DNA of 14,010 bases from Candidatus Parvarchaeum sp. (GCA_049965555.1 JBMFWF010000014.1:1-14010); one strand, 5' to 3'. Positions 1-8,242 are shown, counted from the first letter of the stretch. Notes: generated from the letters alone by a model not told the origin. Made by a program: numbers and translations.

Positions 1-254
1 GCTAATTTTCTTCCTTTTCTATCTGCAAACCTGCCAAATATAAGCCCGCCAACTGGCCTAAAGACAAGGCTTATGAAGTATATCGCAAAGGCACCAATTA
101 TTGCTAGGATAAGATCGCCTGCTGGGAAAAACAATGTAGCTATAACTGGAACTAAAAGAAACATTGCGCTTAAATCATAAGCATCTAGAATCCAACCAGA
201 CAAACCACCAGCAAATATCCCTCTTATTTTCTTGCCGTTTAACCCAAGCTGCAT
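1..254 (-). CDS. MFS transporter (metabolite:H+ symporter-like), N-terminal part, runs off the left edge
   Basis: Not in the ORF track. Manual translation from ATG at 254: MQLGLNGKKIRGIFAGGLSGWILDAYDLSAMFLLVPVIATLFFPAGDLILAIIGAFAIYFISLVFRPVGGLIFGRFADRKGRKL. It has the TM1 'DAYD', 'RPVGG' and MFS motif A 'GRFADRKGRK'. Confidence 0.9.
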   Translation of the reverse strand, partial: MQLGLNGKKIRGIFAGGLSGWILDAYDLSAMFLLVPVIATLFFPAGDLILAIIGAFAIYFISLVFRPVGGLIFGRFADRKGRKL

Positions 255-352
255 ATTTTTTAGATACTTTTATGCTATTTAAATATTATTAGAAAGCTGC
301 AGTATTAAATAATAAACAATCGCTAGGTATAATGATTTTGTATGCTTAAATA

Positions 353-1129
353 TCAAATAAAAATATAGATAGAAATCGCAAGTATGCCGGTAGATACTAT
401 TACTAATGATTGGAATAAACGAAGATTCTTAGATTTTATTATTCCAGATACCTTTGCTCCAATAAATGCACCCACTGTTGCACCAATCACCAAAAGAGGG
501 ATATAGACAAAAGTACTACCTGAAAATCTAAGAGAACCTAAATGTAAAAGTCCTCCAAAAATAGAGGTTATTATCATAGCCAATATTATTGTTGAGAATA
601 TTATCTTTGGATTCATTTTACGTACTGCGATCATGTAAGTACCAGTTATTCCACCGATTCCCATGCCTGTAAATCCAGATATTATACCGGCTACTAAACC
701 TATAAGACTAACATCTTTTCCAAGTTTTCTACCAGGTTTTGCATAATCTTTTATTTTTCTTTGCTTAATCACTGATACAAGAGAGAAGATTCCTATTGAG
801 AGAGGTATAAAACCGAAGATTCCTTTAAAGATATCGGTCGGGACAACAAAACTTATTAGAGAACCAAGAAAAACGCCTACTACACCCATTAAAAGAAGCA
901 CCTTAAATAAATGCATACTAACGAATCCATGTCTTATATTTGAATAAGAGCCCACAATTGAACTGGTTGCAATAGTTATAAGACTTAAACCGCTTGAAGA
1001 AACCGAGTTCAAACCCATATAGTAAAGAAAAAAAAGTACGAGCAATACCCCGCCACCGATGCCGGACATGTTGCCTATAAAAGCTATCAGCATCGCAAAT
1101 AAGGGTATTATAACTAGTATTGGAAACAT
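353..1129 (-). CDS. Sulfite exporter TauE/SafE family (TSUP) membrane protein
   Basis: 258 aa, about 8 hydrophobic helices, internal two-fold repeat with 'GNMSGIGGG' and 'SGFTGMGIGG' Gly motifs typical of TauE/DUF81. Confidence 0.85.
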   Translation of the reverse strand: MFPILVIIPLFAMLIAFIGNMSGIGGGVLLVLFFLYYMGLNSVSSSGLSLITIATSSIVGSYSNIRHGFVSMHLFKVLLLMGVVGVFLGSLISFVVPTDIFKGIFGFIPLSIGIFSLVSVIKQRKIKDYAKPGRKLGKDVSLIGLVAGIISGFTGMGIGGITGTYMIAVRKMNPKIIFSTIILAMIITSIFGGLLHLGSLRFSGSTFVYIPLLVIGATVGAFIGAKVSGIIKSKNLRLFQSLVIVSTGILAISIYIFI

Positions 1130-1198
1130 AAATAGATAATTAATTATGGATATTTATAGTAATATGCATTAAAATATAAAAACAATGAAATGAAAACT

Positions 1199-1615
1199 TC
1201 AATTTATAGCTGCTATTTTTATATCAAACTTTAATGTTTTACCTGCTAATGGAAAGTTAAAGTCCAATGTTACATCATTTTCGTTAACTGCAACGACTGT
1301 TGCCTGCATCCCATTATTTGAACTGACCATCATGCCTTCTTTTACTTCCTCGCCCTGAAACTGAGTCTTTGGAATTTTTATTACCATCTCTTCATGCCTT
1401 TCACCATATGCATCTTCCGGTTTAATTGTTATGCTCTTGTTCTCTCCGACTTTCATTCCTACTACAGCATCATCGAAACCTTTTATTACCTGTCCAGCGC
1501 CGACTTCAAACGATAATAGATCTCTGCCTTCATTTGAATCAAAAACCGAACCATCTTCTAAGTAACCAGTATATACAACCTTTATTTTATCCCCTTTTTT
1601 AACTTCTTCTGCCAT
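1199..1615 (-). CDS. slyD: FKBP-type peptidyl-prolyl cis-trans isomerase, short SlyD-like, cytoplasmic
   Basis: 'YTGYLEDGSVFDSN', 'GAGQVIKGF', 'PEDAYGE', insert-in-flap domain, 'LDFNFPLAGKTLKF'. No His-rich tail. Preceded by GAGGTGA. Confidence 0.92.
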   Translation of the reverse strand: MAEEVKKGDKIKVVYTGYLEDGSVFDSNEGRDLLSFEVGAGQVIKGFDDAVVGMKVGENKSITIKPEDAYGERHEEMVIKIPKTQFQGEEVKEGMMVSSNNGMQATVVAVNENDVTLDFNFPLAGKTLKFDIKIAAIN

Positions 1616-1620
1616 TTAAT

Positions 1621-1627
1621 TCACCTC
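1621..1627 (-). promoter_or_regulatory. Shine-Dalgarno site of the slyD-like gene
   Basis: GAGGTGA on the minus strand, 5 nt before the ATG at 1615. Confidence 0.7.
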
Positions 1628-1758
1628 AAAAACCCATTTTATCCAGTACAGAAACCCGTACAAGATTCAATTAAAACGAGCTAATAGTATATTAAATTTA
1701 CTATAACTACAGAAATCGAAACTTAAGTCTTTTTATTATACCGCTGACTTTAAACTAA

Positions 1759-2106
1759 ATGAGCTTTTACTATTCATTTGAAGCATTTTGGGGGATGTTT
1801 GAAATCGTAAACGTTGTTGCAATTTCAATTGTTTCTTTATTACTTATTTATATACTTAGAAAACACAGGAAAGACAGAGCCCCAATATTCATATGGGCTT
1901 TAGATCTTAAAAAATCAACAAAACAAATTTATTTGCTGATTACCGCAACTGTACTGTTCATATCAGTTTTTTCAATGTACCTGTTAGGAGAGATATTCAA
2001 AATGCTCTATTTAGTATTTGCGGCACAAGTTATAGGATTAATTTCTTATCTTTTGATTTCATATGTGATAGTAATGTGGTTTAAGGCTTTCCTGAGGTTT
2101 ATATGA
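1759..2106 (+). CDS. Hypothetical membrane protein, 3 predicted TM helices
   Basis: 115 aa: TM, basic linker, TM, TM. Its stop overlaps the next start (ATGA at 2103-2106). Confidence 0.75.
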   Translation: MSFYYSFEAFWGMFEIVNVVAISIVSLLLIYILRKHRKDRAPIFIWALDLKKSTKQIYLLITATVLFISVFSMYLLGEIFKMLYLVFAAQVIGLISYLLISYVIVMWFKAFLRFI

Positions 2107-2438
2107 TACTTGAAATAGAGGGAATGATTGCATTGATAAGCGGTCTTTTTGTGCTTTTTTCTCTCCTTAGATTCATGCATTATTTCAAAATTTATAAAGG
2201 GGTTGCTTTGCATAGGATAAAATTATCCAAAAACGTTGTAAACTACTTTATATTTCTTCTTTCTGCAAATTTTATACTTTTAATCACATATTCATTTGCA
2301 GCCGGGCCGAACAATGTAAAGTATGGCATAATAGGGGCTATAATATACCCCTTTATTTTTGGCTTGTTCTTCCTCTATCTTTCTTATGCCATAGAAGGCG
2401 GAAAAGAACAAAAAAACTTGATAGAAAAGATCAATTAA
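2103..2438 (+). CDS. Hypothetical membrane protein, 3 predicted TM helices
   Basis: 111 aa with the same architecture as the upstream ORF and translationally coupled to it. Confidence 0.75.
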   Translation: MILEIEGMIALISGLFVLFSLLRFMHYFKIYKGVALHRIKLSKNVVNYFIFLLSANFILLITYSFAAGPNNVKYGIIGAIIYPFIFGLFFLYLSYAIEGGKEQKNLIEKIN

Positions 2439-2599
2439 ATCAGCAGCTCGTAAGAGACATAATCTTTCTGTTCACTAAGCGATTATCTTTAGCCCGAATC
2501 TTCCACATTTAAAGTTCTTTTTTTCTTAATTAATAAAAAACAATGTTGAGCATGTCGAAGAAAATGCTGATAACGTAGAACTGGATGGAGAGGCGTGCC

Positions 2600-3697
2600 C
2601 TAGCCCTTGAAGCCGCTTAAAATTCCAATTAGCTGACCTAAAGCCTGAGTAGACTGATTTTCATTAAATGTGTAAGAACCTACAGGGAAAGATATCAAGC
2701 TTGAAGCAGAAGAGGGTATTGGATTGAAAGAGGACTTGAGTGTAGCTGACAACACAAGGCTTGACACATTTAGGTTACTTGCAGATGAATTGAAAATTTT
2801 CATTATAGTGCTAGAATCTTTTGTTAGATTTAGTATAAAACTGCCATATAACGGAACCCCATAAACATTTGAAAAACAGAAACTGAAGCCCATCGAAGCA
2901 TTGTACTTGCTTTGAAATGCTGATGTTGTGTTTATATTCAAAAGAGAACAGCTATTTCCATTGTAAGTTTCTCCTTTCAAAAATTTGACCTGCAAGTAGT
3001 TGCTATATTGCATTAGACTATTATTAATTGAGGATAAATTTGCTAAAGAACTGGAATTCTTTAAACCACTGGTTTTAGACACGAAGCACATTAAAGAACC
3101 GCTGTTTATCGCAGAGTCATTTAAAGCCGCTCCTAAATCAGATAGATTAACCTTTTCAGCTGACGCAATCATTGAAAATGGAATACATAAAGTATCGTAA
3201 GATACATTTGAAAGCAATGTTAGATTTATTGTATTAAAAGCAGAAGGAAAAGATGATGTATTTATGCCAATGCCTAAACTTGCAATATCTTTTACGAGTG
3301 TGCCTAAATCCACATTTGCTGCTACACGATTATATGGTTTATAATGCGCTAAGTAACCATTTATCGGTAGATTAAATGAAAAAACAGAAGAGCCTGATTT
3401 TGCGCCTAAACTCAGAAGAAAACTGTAAGACATATTGAAGGGACCGCTGGTATTTGAAAGTTTAGATGAAACTGAGGCTAGCTGGTTGAAATTAGATACG
3501 CTGTAATATGGATTGCTTGCAGCTGAAACCTTCAAAAAAGGGATATAGCCTCTGTAAGATGCAAAGATGAATATCAAGAAAACTGCTAATACTATTATTG
3601 CTGCTATTGCCACATATCTGTGCTTCTTTGATCCTTTTGGCATAGGGCCTAACTGTATGCTTGTTGGATTTGTCTGCACCCCTGTTGAATCGTCCAT
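2600..3697 (-). CDS. Membrane-anchored Ser/Asn-rich surface (glyco)protein of unknown function
   Basis: Basic patch KKHR, then one TM (YVAIAAIIVLAVFLIFIFA), then a domain with about 16 N-X-S/T sequons (hand count) and 4 Cys. Confidence 0.8.
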   Translation of the reverse strand: MDDSTGVQTNPTSIQLGPMPKGSKKHRYVAIAAIIVLAVFLIFIFASYRGYIPFLKVSAASNPYYSVSNFNQLASVSSKLSNTSGPFNMSYSFLLSLGAKSGSSVFSFNLPINGYLAHYKPYNRVAANVDLGTLVKDIASLGIGINTSSFPSAFNTINLTLLSNVSYDTLCIPFSMIASAEKVNLSDLGAALNDSAINSGSLMCFVSKTSGLKNSSSLANLSSINNSLMQYSNYLQVKFLKGETYNGNSCSLLNINTTSAFQSKYNASMGFSFCFSNVYGVPLYGSFILNLTKDSSTIMKIFNSSASNLNVSSLVLSATLKSSFNPIPSSASSLISFPVGSYTFNENQSTQALGQLIGILSGFKG

Positions 3698-3741
3698 AAC
3701 TTATACAACAAAAATAAATATTAAAGCTTATCTTTTTTTTA

Positions 3742-3963
3742 TTATTTGCTAATTGTTTGCTTATTCTGCTGGTGAAAGCCTATAAGTGTTATTATGACCC
3801 CTACTATGAATATAGCTAAACTCAAAAATAGCATAATGCTTCCAATTGATTCTGCAGCTTTGCCATAATGTTTTATTATAAGAATGTCAATGAATGGAAG
3901 TATTAATCCAATGATAAATAAAACCAAACCTATTATAATCAGGGGATTAAATTTGAATGCCAT
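3742..3963 (-). CDS. Small 2-TM hypothetical membrane protein
   Basis: 73 aa with two hydrophobic helices. Its ATG directly abuts the TAA of the upstream FKBP gene. Confidence 0.7.
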   Translation of the reverse strand: MAFKFNPLIIIGLVLFIIGLILPFIDILIIKHYGKAAESIGSIMLFLSLAIFIVGVIITLIGFHQQNKQTISK

Positions 3964-4494
3964 TTAATTAATTTTAACCACCTTTATCTCAAAAATGAGC
4001 GTTTTGCCAGCTAAAGGCGAGTTAAAATCGACTGTAACGTTTGTGGAATTTAAAGCAGTGATTACTCCTGCTTCCCCGTTCTTAGTATATACCTGCTCAC
4101 CTACTGCTATTGAGCTATTGCCGAAATCGGTCCTTGGAACGGCTACTATAAGTGAATTATTAACATATCCATATGCTTCACTGGGTTGCAATGTAACATT
4201 TTTTATCTGCCCGACTTTCATGCCTATGACTGCATTACTAAATCCTTTAATTACCTGTGAAGAACCGGCTACAAAGCTGAAAGTCTTTGAATTAAAATTG
4301 CTTTGCAAAAGCGTTCCATTTGAAAGCCAAAGCGAATAATACACGCTTACGTTATCTCCGTTTTTAACTGAAATAGAAGTGTTATAATTACTTAAAAGAT
4401 AAAACGATGCAGATAACACTGCGATAACTGCAACTATTGCAATTGCTATATGTATTCTCTTAAAATGAATTTTAACCTTCTGTTCATCAGGCAT
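3964..4494 (-). CDS. FKBP-type PPIase (SlyD-like) with N-terminal membrane anchor, predicted extracellular
   Basis: N-terminal basic and hydrophobic segment (KRIHIAIAIVAVIAVLSASFYLL), then 'GSSQVIKGF', 'GMKVG', 'PSEAYG', 'VDFNSPLAGKTLIF'. Eight sequons. Confidence 0.9.
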   Translation of the reverse strand: MPDEQKVKIHFKRIHIAIAIVAVIAVLSASFYLLSNYNTSISVKNGDNVSVYYSLWLSNGTLLQSNFNSKTFSFVAGSSQVIKGFSNAVIGMKVGQIKNVTLQPSEAYGYVNNSLIVAVPRTDFGNSSIAVGEQVYTKNGEAGVITALNSTNVTVDFNSPLAGKTLIFEIKVVKIN

Positions 4495-4561
4495 ATCCTT
4501 ACTTTATGCAATTGGCATTTATTAAATTTTTCACAGAACACTTTGTGTGCTTGATTATAGG

Positions 4562-4569
4562 TATAAATA
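4562..4569 (+). promoter_or_regulatory. Putative archaeal TATA box for the GT2 gene
   Basis: TATAAATA ending 21 nt before the ATG at 4591, in the divergent intergenic region. Confidence 0.45.
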
Positions 4570-4581
4570 GCTAAAAAGTTG

Positions 4582-5832
4582 ATGAATGATATGTTGGGGT
4601 ATTCGCATTTCCTGTATTTAGCATATATATACATATCGATAATAATCTCTGTTTCGTCCTCTTTGTACATCTTATTCATATTTTATTTCCATAAAAAGAA
4701 GGAAAAAACTGGATTGAATAAGGACACAAAGGATTCGCTTACAATACTTATACCGGTATATAATGAAGATAAAAAACTGTTTGAAAGATGCATTGAATCC
4801 GTGAAAAAACAGCAAACTAAGTTTATAGTAATAGGAAATGGATGTTATTCACCATACAAAGAGATAACTGAAAGTAGTGGCGGAAAGTTTATTTACCTAA
4901 ATAAGAATGCAGGCAAAAAAGGAGCACTCGCAACAGGCATAAAACTAATAAAAAGCAGGTATGTAATGTTTTTAGACAGCGACACTATCCTGCCAAAAAA
5001 AGCAGCTGAGAACCTAATCAGCAAATTTGATGATAAAACTGCAGGCGTGGGAGCTGAAGTGAGAATCATAAAAGAAAGAGATAAATTTGTATATTACCCA
5101 TCGGAAATGCTTCAAAGACTAAGACAGCTGTCCTTCAAAGCTATGTCATATTTTGATAGAGTTCTGGTAATAAGCGGCCAATGTGCTGTTTATAGAACGG
5201 ATATAATAAAGGATTTTGTATCATCTGATGACTTTCTAAATTCCCGATTTCTTGGAAAGAAAATGATTATAGGGGATGACATAACAATTACAAAGTACGT
5301 TAATAGCTTAGGATACAAAACCAAGATAGCCCAGAATGTTGTCGTTTTTACCAAAGGACAAAAATCTTTTAAAAGCCTGGTAAAACAGTCGATAAGGTGG
5401 TCAAGATCCGGGTACATAAACTTCATAAACAGCTTAAGAGACAAAAGCCTGTTCAGAAACGGGCCTGTATACGCTTTTTTCCTGCTGTATATCTACACGC
5501 TTCCTTTCCTTGTTTTAGCGGAATTTATATTGCGAGGCGGATTGCTTGCAAGGATAATATTCAGGAGAGGCATAATGGTTGCAGAAAGTATAGTTGTGAA
5601 TTCGCTTTTCTCCGTTCCAAGGTTTTTGCAGTCATTTTCTGCATTTTATACCGGTTTAAAGATAGTATCTATACTGTCTGGATTAATAATGATATACCTC
5701 ATAGTAAAAACAATGAAAAAAGACAAACTAAGGCTTTTGTCTTATGGTTCTATAATGCTATTAGTTATGTTCATTACAGCGCTATATGCAATATTCAGCC
5801 TAAATAAACATGACAGATGGCTTACCCGTTAG
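4582..5832 (+). CDS. Processive GT2 glycosyltransferase (hyaluronan synthase/NodC/chitin synthase-like)
   Basis: N-terminal TM; 'IPVYNED', 'GKKGAL', 'FLDSD', 'ISGQCAVYR', 'IGDD', 'QSIRW' (QxxRW); several C-terminal TMs. Start could be TTG 4579, ATG 4582 or ATG 4591. Confidence 0.88.
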   Translation: MNDMLGYSHFLYLAYIYISIIISVSSSLYILFIFYFHKKKEKTGLNKDTKDSLTILIPVYNEDKKLFERCIESVKKQQTKFIVIGNGCYSPYKEITESSGGKFIYLNKNAGKKGALATGIKLIKSRYVMFLDSDTILPKKAAENLISKFDDKTAGVGAEVRIIKERDKFVYYPSEMLQRLRQLSFKAMSYFDRVLVISGQCAVYRTDIIKDFVSSDDFLNSRFLGKKMIIGDDITITKYVNSLGYKTKIAQNVVVFTKGQKSFKSLVKQSIRWSRSGYINFINSLRDKSLFRNGPVYAFFLLYIYTLPFLVLAEFILRGGLLARIIFRRGIMVAESIVVNSLFSVPRFLQSFSAFYTGLKIVSILSGLIMIYLIVKTMKKDKLRLLSYGSIMLLVMFITALYAIFSLNKHDRWLTR

Positions 5833-5871
5833 TTAACTTTCTGAATTTAGGTGACAGCAAATTTTAAAAGA

Positions 5872-6399
5872 ATGGCCCAATCAAATATAGATATGGAAGG
5901 TCTTTATATATTCTTCAGAGAATGGCCGCCTAAAACACTCAATGATATACTGATCAAAAATTCGGAGGAAGACATAGATAAGGAAATAGTGCCACTGGTA
6001 AAGGCCATAAACTTATTAGGCGTCCCTACATATTCTTCATGCGCCGGCCACGTTAATGGAGCAGGACTACCTTACCCCTGGGTGGGAATTCTAAAAAAGC
6101 AATACTGTTTTGAGGATTATTCTTATTCGATAGAGAAGTTAAACTATAAACAGGAGGAGTATATTAAAGCTAATCTAAAAGACTCATTGAAAAGGTTTTA
6201 TTTTGCCTTGAATGCATTCAACAGAGCAGATAATGATAACAAGTGGCTGCTTGACGAGCAGGTTTACTCACATTTACGGCCCCAGAAGCCCTGCAATAAT
6301 GAGAAAGAACTCAATATTGAAAGGAAGAAGGCAACGATACTGGCAGATATCCTTTTTGATGAATTCAGGGAGGAATATCGTTTTTACAAAATTTATTAA
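5872..6399 (+). CDS. Hypothetical protein with an 'ID..I.PLV..IN..G..T.SSC.GH' motif, resembling the TYW3/Taw3 N-terminus
   Basis: Soluble ORF containing IDKEIVPLVKAINLLGVPTYSSCAGH...PYPWV. Start uncertain (GTG 5851, ATG 5872 or ATG 5893). Confidence 0.65.
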   Translation: MAQSNIDMEGLYIFFREWPPKTLNDILIKNSEEDIDKEIVPLVKAINLLGVPTYSSCAGHVNGAGLPYPWVGILKKQYCFEDYSYSIEKLNYKQEEYIKANLKDSLKRFYFALNAFNRADNDNKWLLDEQVYSHLRPQKPCNNEKELNIERKKATILADILFDEFREEYRFYKIY

Positions 6400-6457
6400 A
6401 AGTATTTGTATTAAAAATGATATCCAAATATAGCATACAAGGAGTAAATAAAATCAA

Positions 6458-7081
6458 ATGGGGATTCTAATAATCATAAGGCACGGCTTCAGTGAATCGA
6501 ATAGAAAGGGTTATTTGACCCATGATATTGAAGGATACCCCTTAACTGCAGAGGGAAAAGAATACCTTATAAAATCGGCGGAAGAATTGAAAAAGCTTGA
6601 TGACATAAAAGAGATAATATCAAGCCCAATACAAAGAGCAAGAGAAACTGCAGAGATAGTGTCGCATGCCACAGGAGTAAAAATACGGATAGATCCGAGA
6701 TTAGCTGAGAGACGGATGGGAAATTACAACAACAAACCCATCCCCAATGAAAATAAGATACAAACAGACTTTAACTGGCATTTAAAGGAAATACTAAATG
6801 GATACCCAAATGGCTTTGAAAGTTGGGAGAGCATGATAAGCAGGGTTGAAAGCATTGTCAAAGACTTACCTAAAGACAAGAATTTTATATTGGTTTCCCA
6901 CGGAGATATAATAAAAGCCATAATCGGATACTTCCTTGATCTAGATGAATTTGAGGTTTGGGGAATAAGAGTAAATCACGGACATTTTACTATAATTGAC
7001 ATGGATAAAAAGAAGGTGATAGCTATAGGTTCCCCTTTAATAACAGACAGAATTATAAACAAGATTAAAAACAAAAATTAA
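6458..7081 (+). CDS. Histidine phosphatase superfamily protein (cofactor-dependent phosphoglycerate mutase-like)
   Basis: 'IIRHG', 'PLTAEG', 'SSPIQRARETA', 'LAERRMG', 'VSHGD'. Confidence 0.92.
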   Translation: MGILIIIRHGFSESNRKGYLTHDIEGYPLTAEGKEYLIKSAEELKKLDDIKEIISSPIQRARETAEIVSHATGVKIRIDPRLAERRMGNYNNKPIPNENKIQTDFNWHLKEILNGYPNGFESWESMISRVESIVKDLPKDKNFILVSHGDIIKAIIGYFLDLDEFEVWGIRVNHGHFTIIDMDKKKVIAIGSPLITDRIINKIKNKN

Positions 7082-7082
7082 T

Positions 7083-7628
7083 CTATTTTCTTAGAAATTC
7101 TGAGTACTTCTTCTTTATCTTGTGTATCTTTGGCCCTATAACTATTGCGCAGTAAGGGTTTATTGGATTTTTAGCATAGTAATCTTTGTGATAATCCTCT
7201 GCTTCATAAAACTTTTCAAGTTTTTTTACTTCTGTCACTATCGGCTTACTGAAATTTCCTTTTATCTCATTTATCTTTTCGTCTATTATCCTTTTTTGCG
7301 CATCGGAAGTATAAAGTATTATTGACCTGTATTGGTTGCCTACATCATTTCCCTGCCTATTTACAGAAGTAGGATCATGCATATCGAAAAATATGTCAAG
7401 CAACGTTTTCAGTTTTACAATCCCAGGGTCATATTCAACTAATAATGTTTCTGCATGGCCAGTAGAACCGCTGCAAACCTCCTCATAAGTGGGATTTTCG
7501 GCGGTTCCGCCGGCATATCCCGGCGTCGTTCTTAGTACGCCATTTATAAGCTTGAAGACTGCTTCTGTGCACCAAAAACAACCTCCGCCAAACACTATAA
7601 AATCAGATTTCTGTTCCATTTCACACAT
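7083..7628 (-). CDS. msrA: Peptide-methionine (S)-S-oxide reductase MsrA
   Basis: 'GGGCFWCTEA', 'GYAGG', 'PTYEEVCSGSTGHAE', 'HDPT', 'RQGNDVGNQYRS', 'AEDYHKDY', C-terminal 'YC'. Alternative start ATG 7619. Confidence 0.97.
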   Translation of the reverse strand: MCEMEQKSDFIVFGGGCFWCTEAVFKLINGVLRTTPGYAGGTAENPTYEEVCSGSTGHAETLLVEYDPGIVKLKTLLDIFFDMHDPTSVNRQGNDVGNQYRSIILYTSDAQKRIIDEKINEIKGNFSKPIVTEVKKLEKFYEAEDYHKDYYAKNPINPYCAIVIGPKIHKIKKKYSEFLRK

Positions 7629-7674
7629 AAATCAGATGTTTATAGTATTTAATAATCAAAAAGGATAAATCCAT

Positions 7675-8232
7675 ATGAGAATAAGAGAGCTATATCCTAA
7701 AGACAGAAATATACTCAAAATAAAAAATTATCTGTCTATAACAAACAACACAAGAGAAATTCTTTCAAAGCAACCCAAAAAAATATTAGATAGTGAAGAA
7801 TTTTTGGAAAAGATAAAAAACAGAAAATTTTATTTAATCTGCGTGGGCGATATGGTCACTTTAACAGCAATAAAAAACGGGATTATACCCAATTTGGCGA
7901 TATTTGATGGGAAAACAGAAAGAAAGAGAATTGATTCAAATATTATAGAAAAAGCTTACAAGAAGATAGTAAAAGTTAAAAATCCACCGGGCAAAATAAC
8001 AAAGAATTTGCTTGTTTCAATTATAAAAATATTAAATAGGCAAAAAAATGAGAAAAATGCAATAAAGGTTGAAGGAGAAGAGGATTTAGCTGCGCCATTA
8101 TGTATAGCATTCTCTAAAACAGGTACATTTATTGCCTGGGGAGTACCAAAAAAAGGAATTGCATTATTAAAGGTAAGCAAAGCAAAAAAAGAACATGCTT
8201 TACGGATACTTATGGAAATGGAAAGTTTTTAA
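7675..8232 (+). CDS. GTP-dependent dephospho-CoA kinase (DUF359 family)
   Basis: 'CVGDMVT', 'AIFDGKTER', 'VKNPPGKIT', 'VEGEEDLAA', 'WGVPKKG' match the archaeal DUF359 pattern. Confidence 0.88.
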   Translation: MRIRELYPKDRNILKIKNYLSITNNTREILSKQPKKILDSEEFLEKIKNRKFYLICVGDMVTLTAIKNGIIPNLAIFDGKTERKRIDSNIIEKAYKKIVKVKNPPGKITKNLLVSIIKILNRQKNEKNAIKVEGEEDLAAPLCIAFSKTGTFIAWGVPKKGIALLKVSKAKKEHALRILMEMESF

Positions 8233-8242
8233 TATCTTCTTC

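Noticed and set aside
2440-2508. 22-aa minus-strand ORF MWKIRAKDNRLVNRKIMSLTSC
   Set aside because: Too short, with no SD or homology cue.
4582-5832. Naming the GT2 hasA or nodC
   Set aside because: Motifs place it near these families but cannot give the product, and key residues differ.
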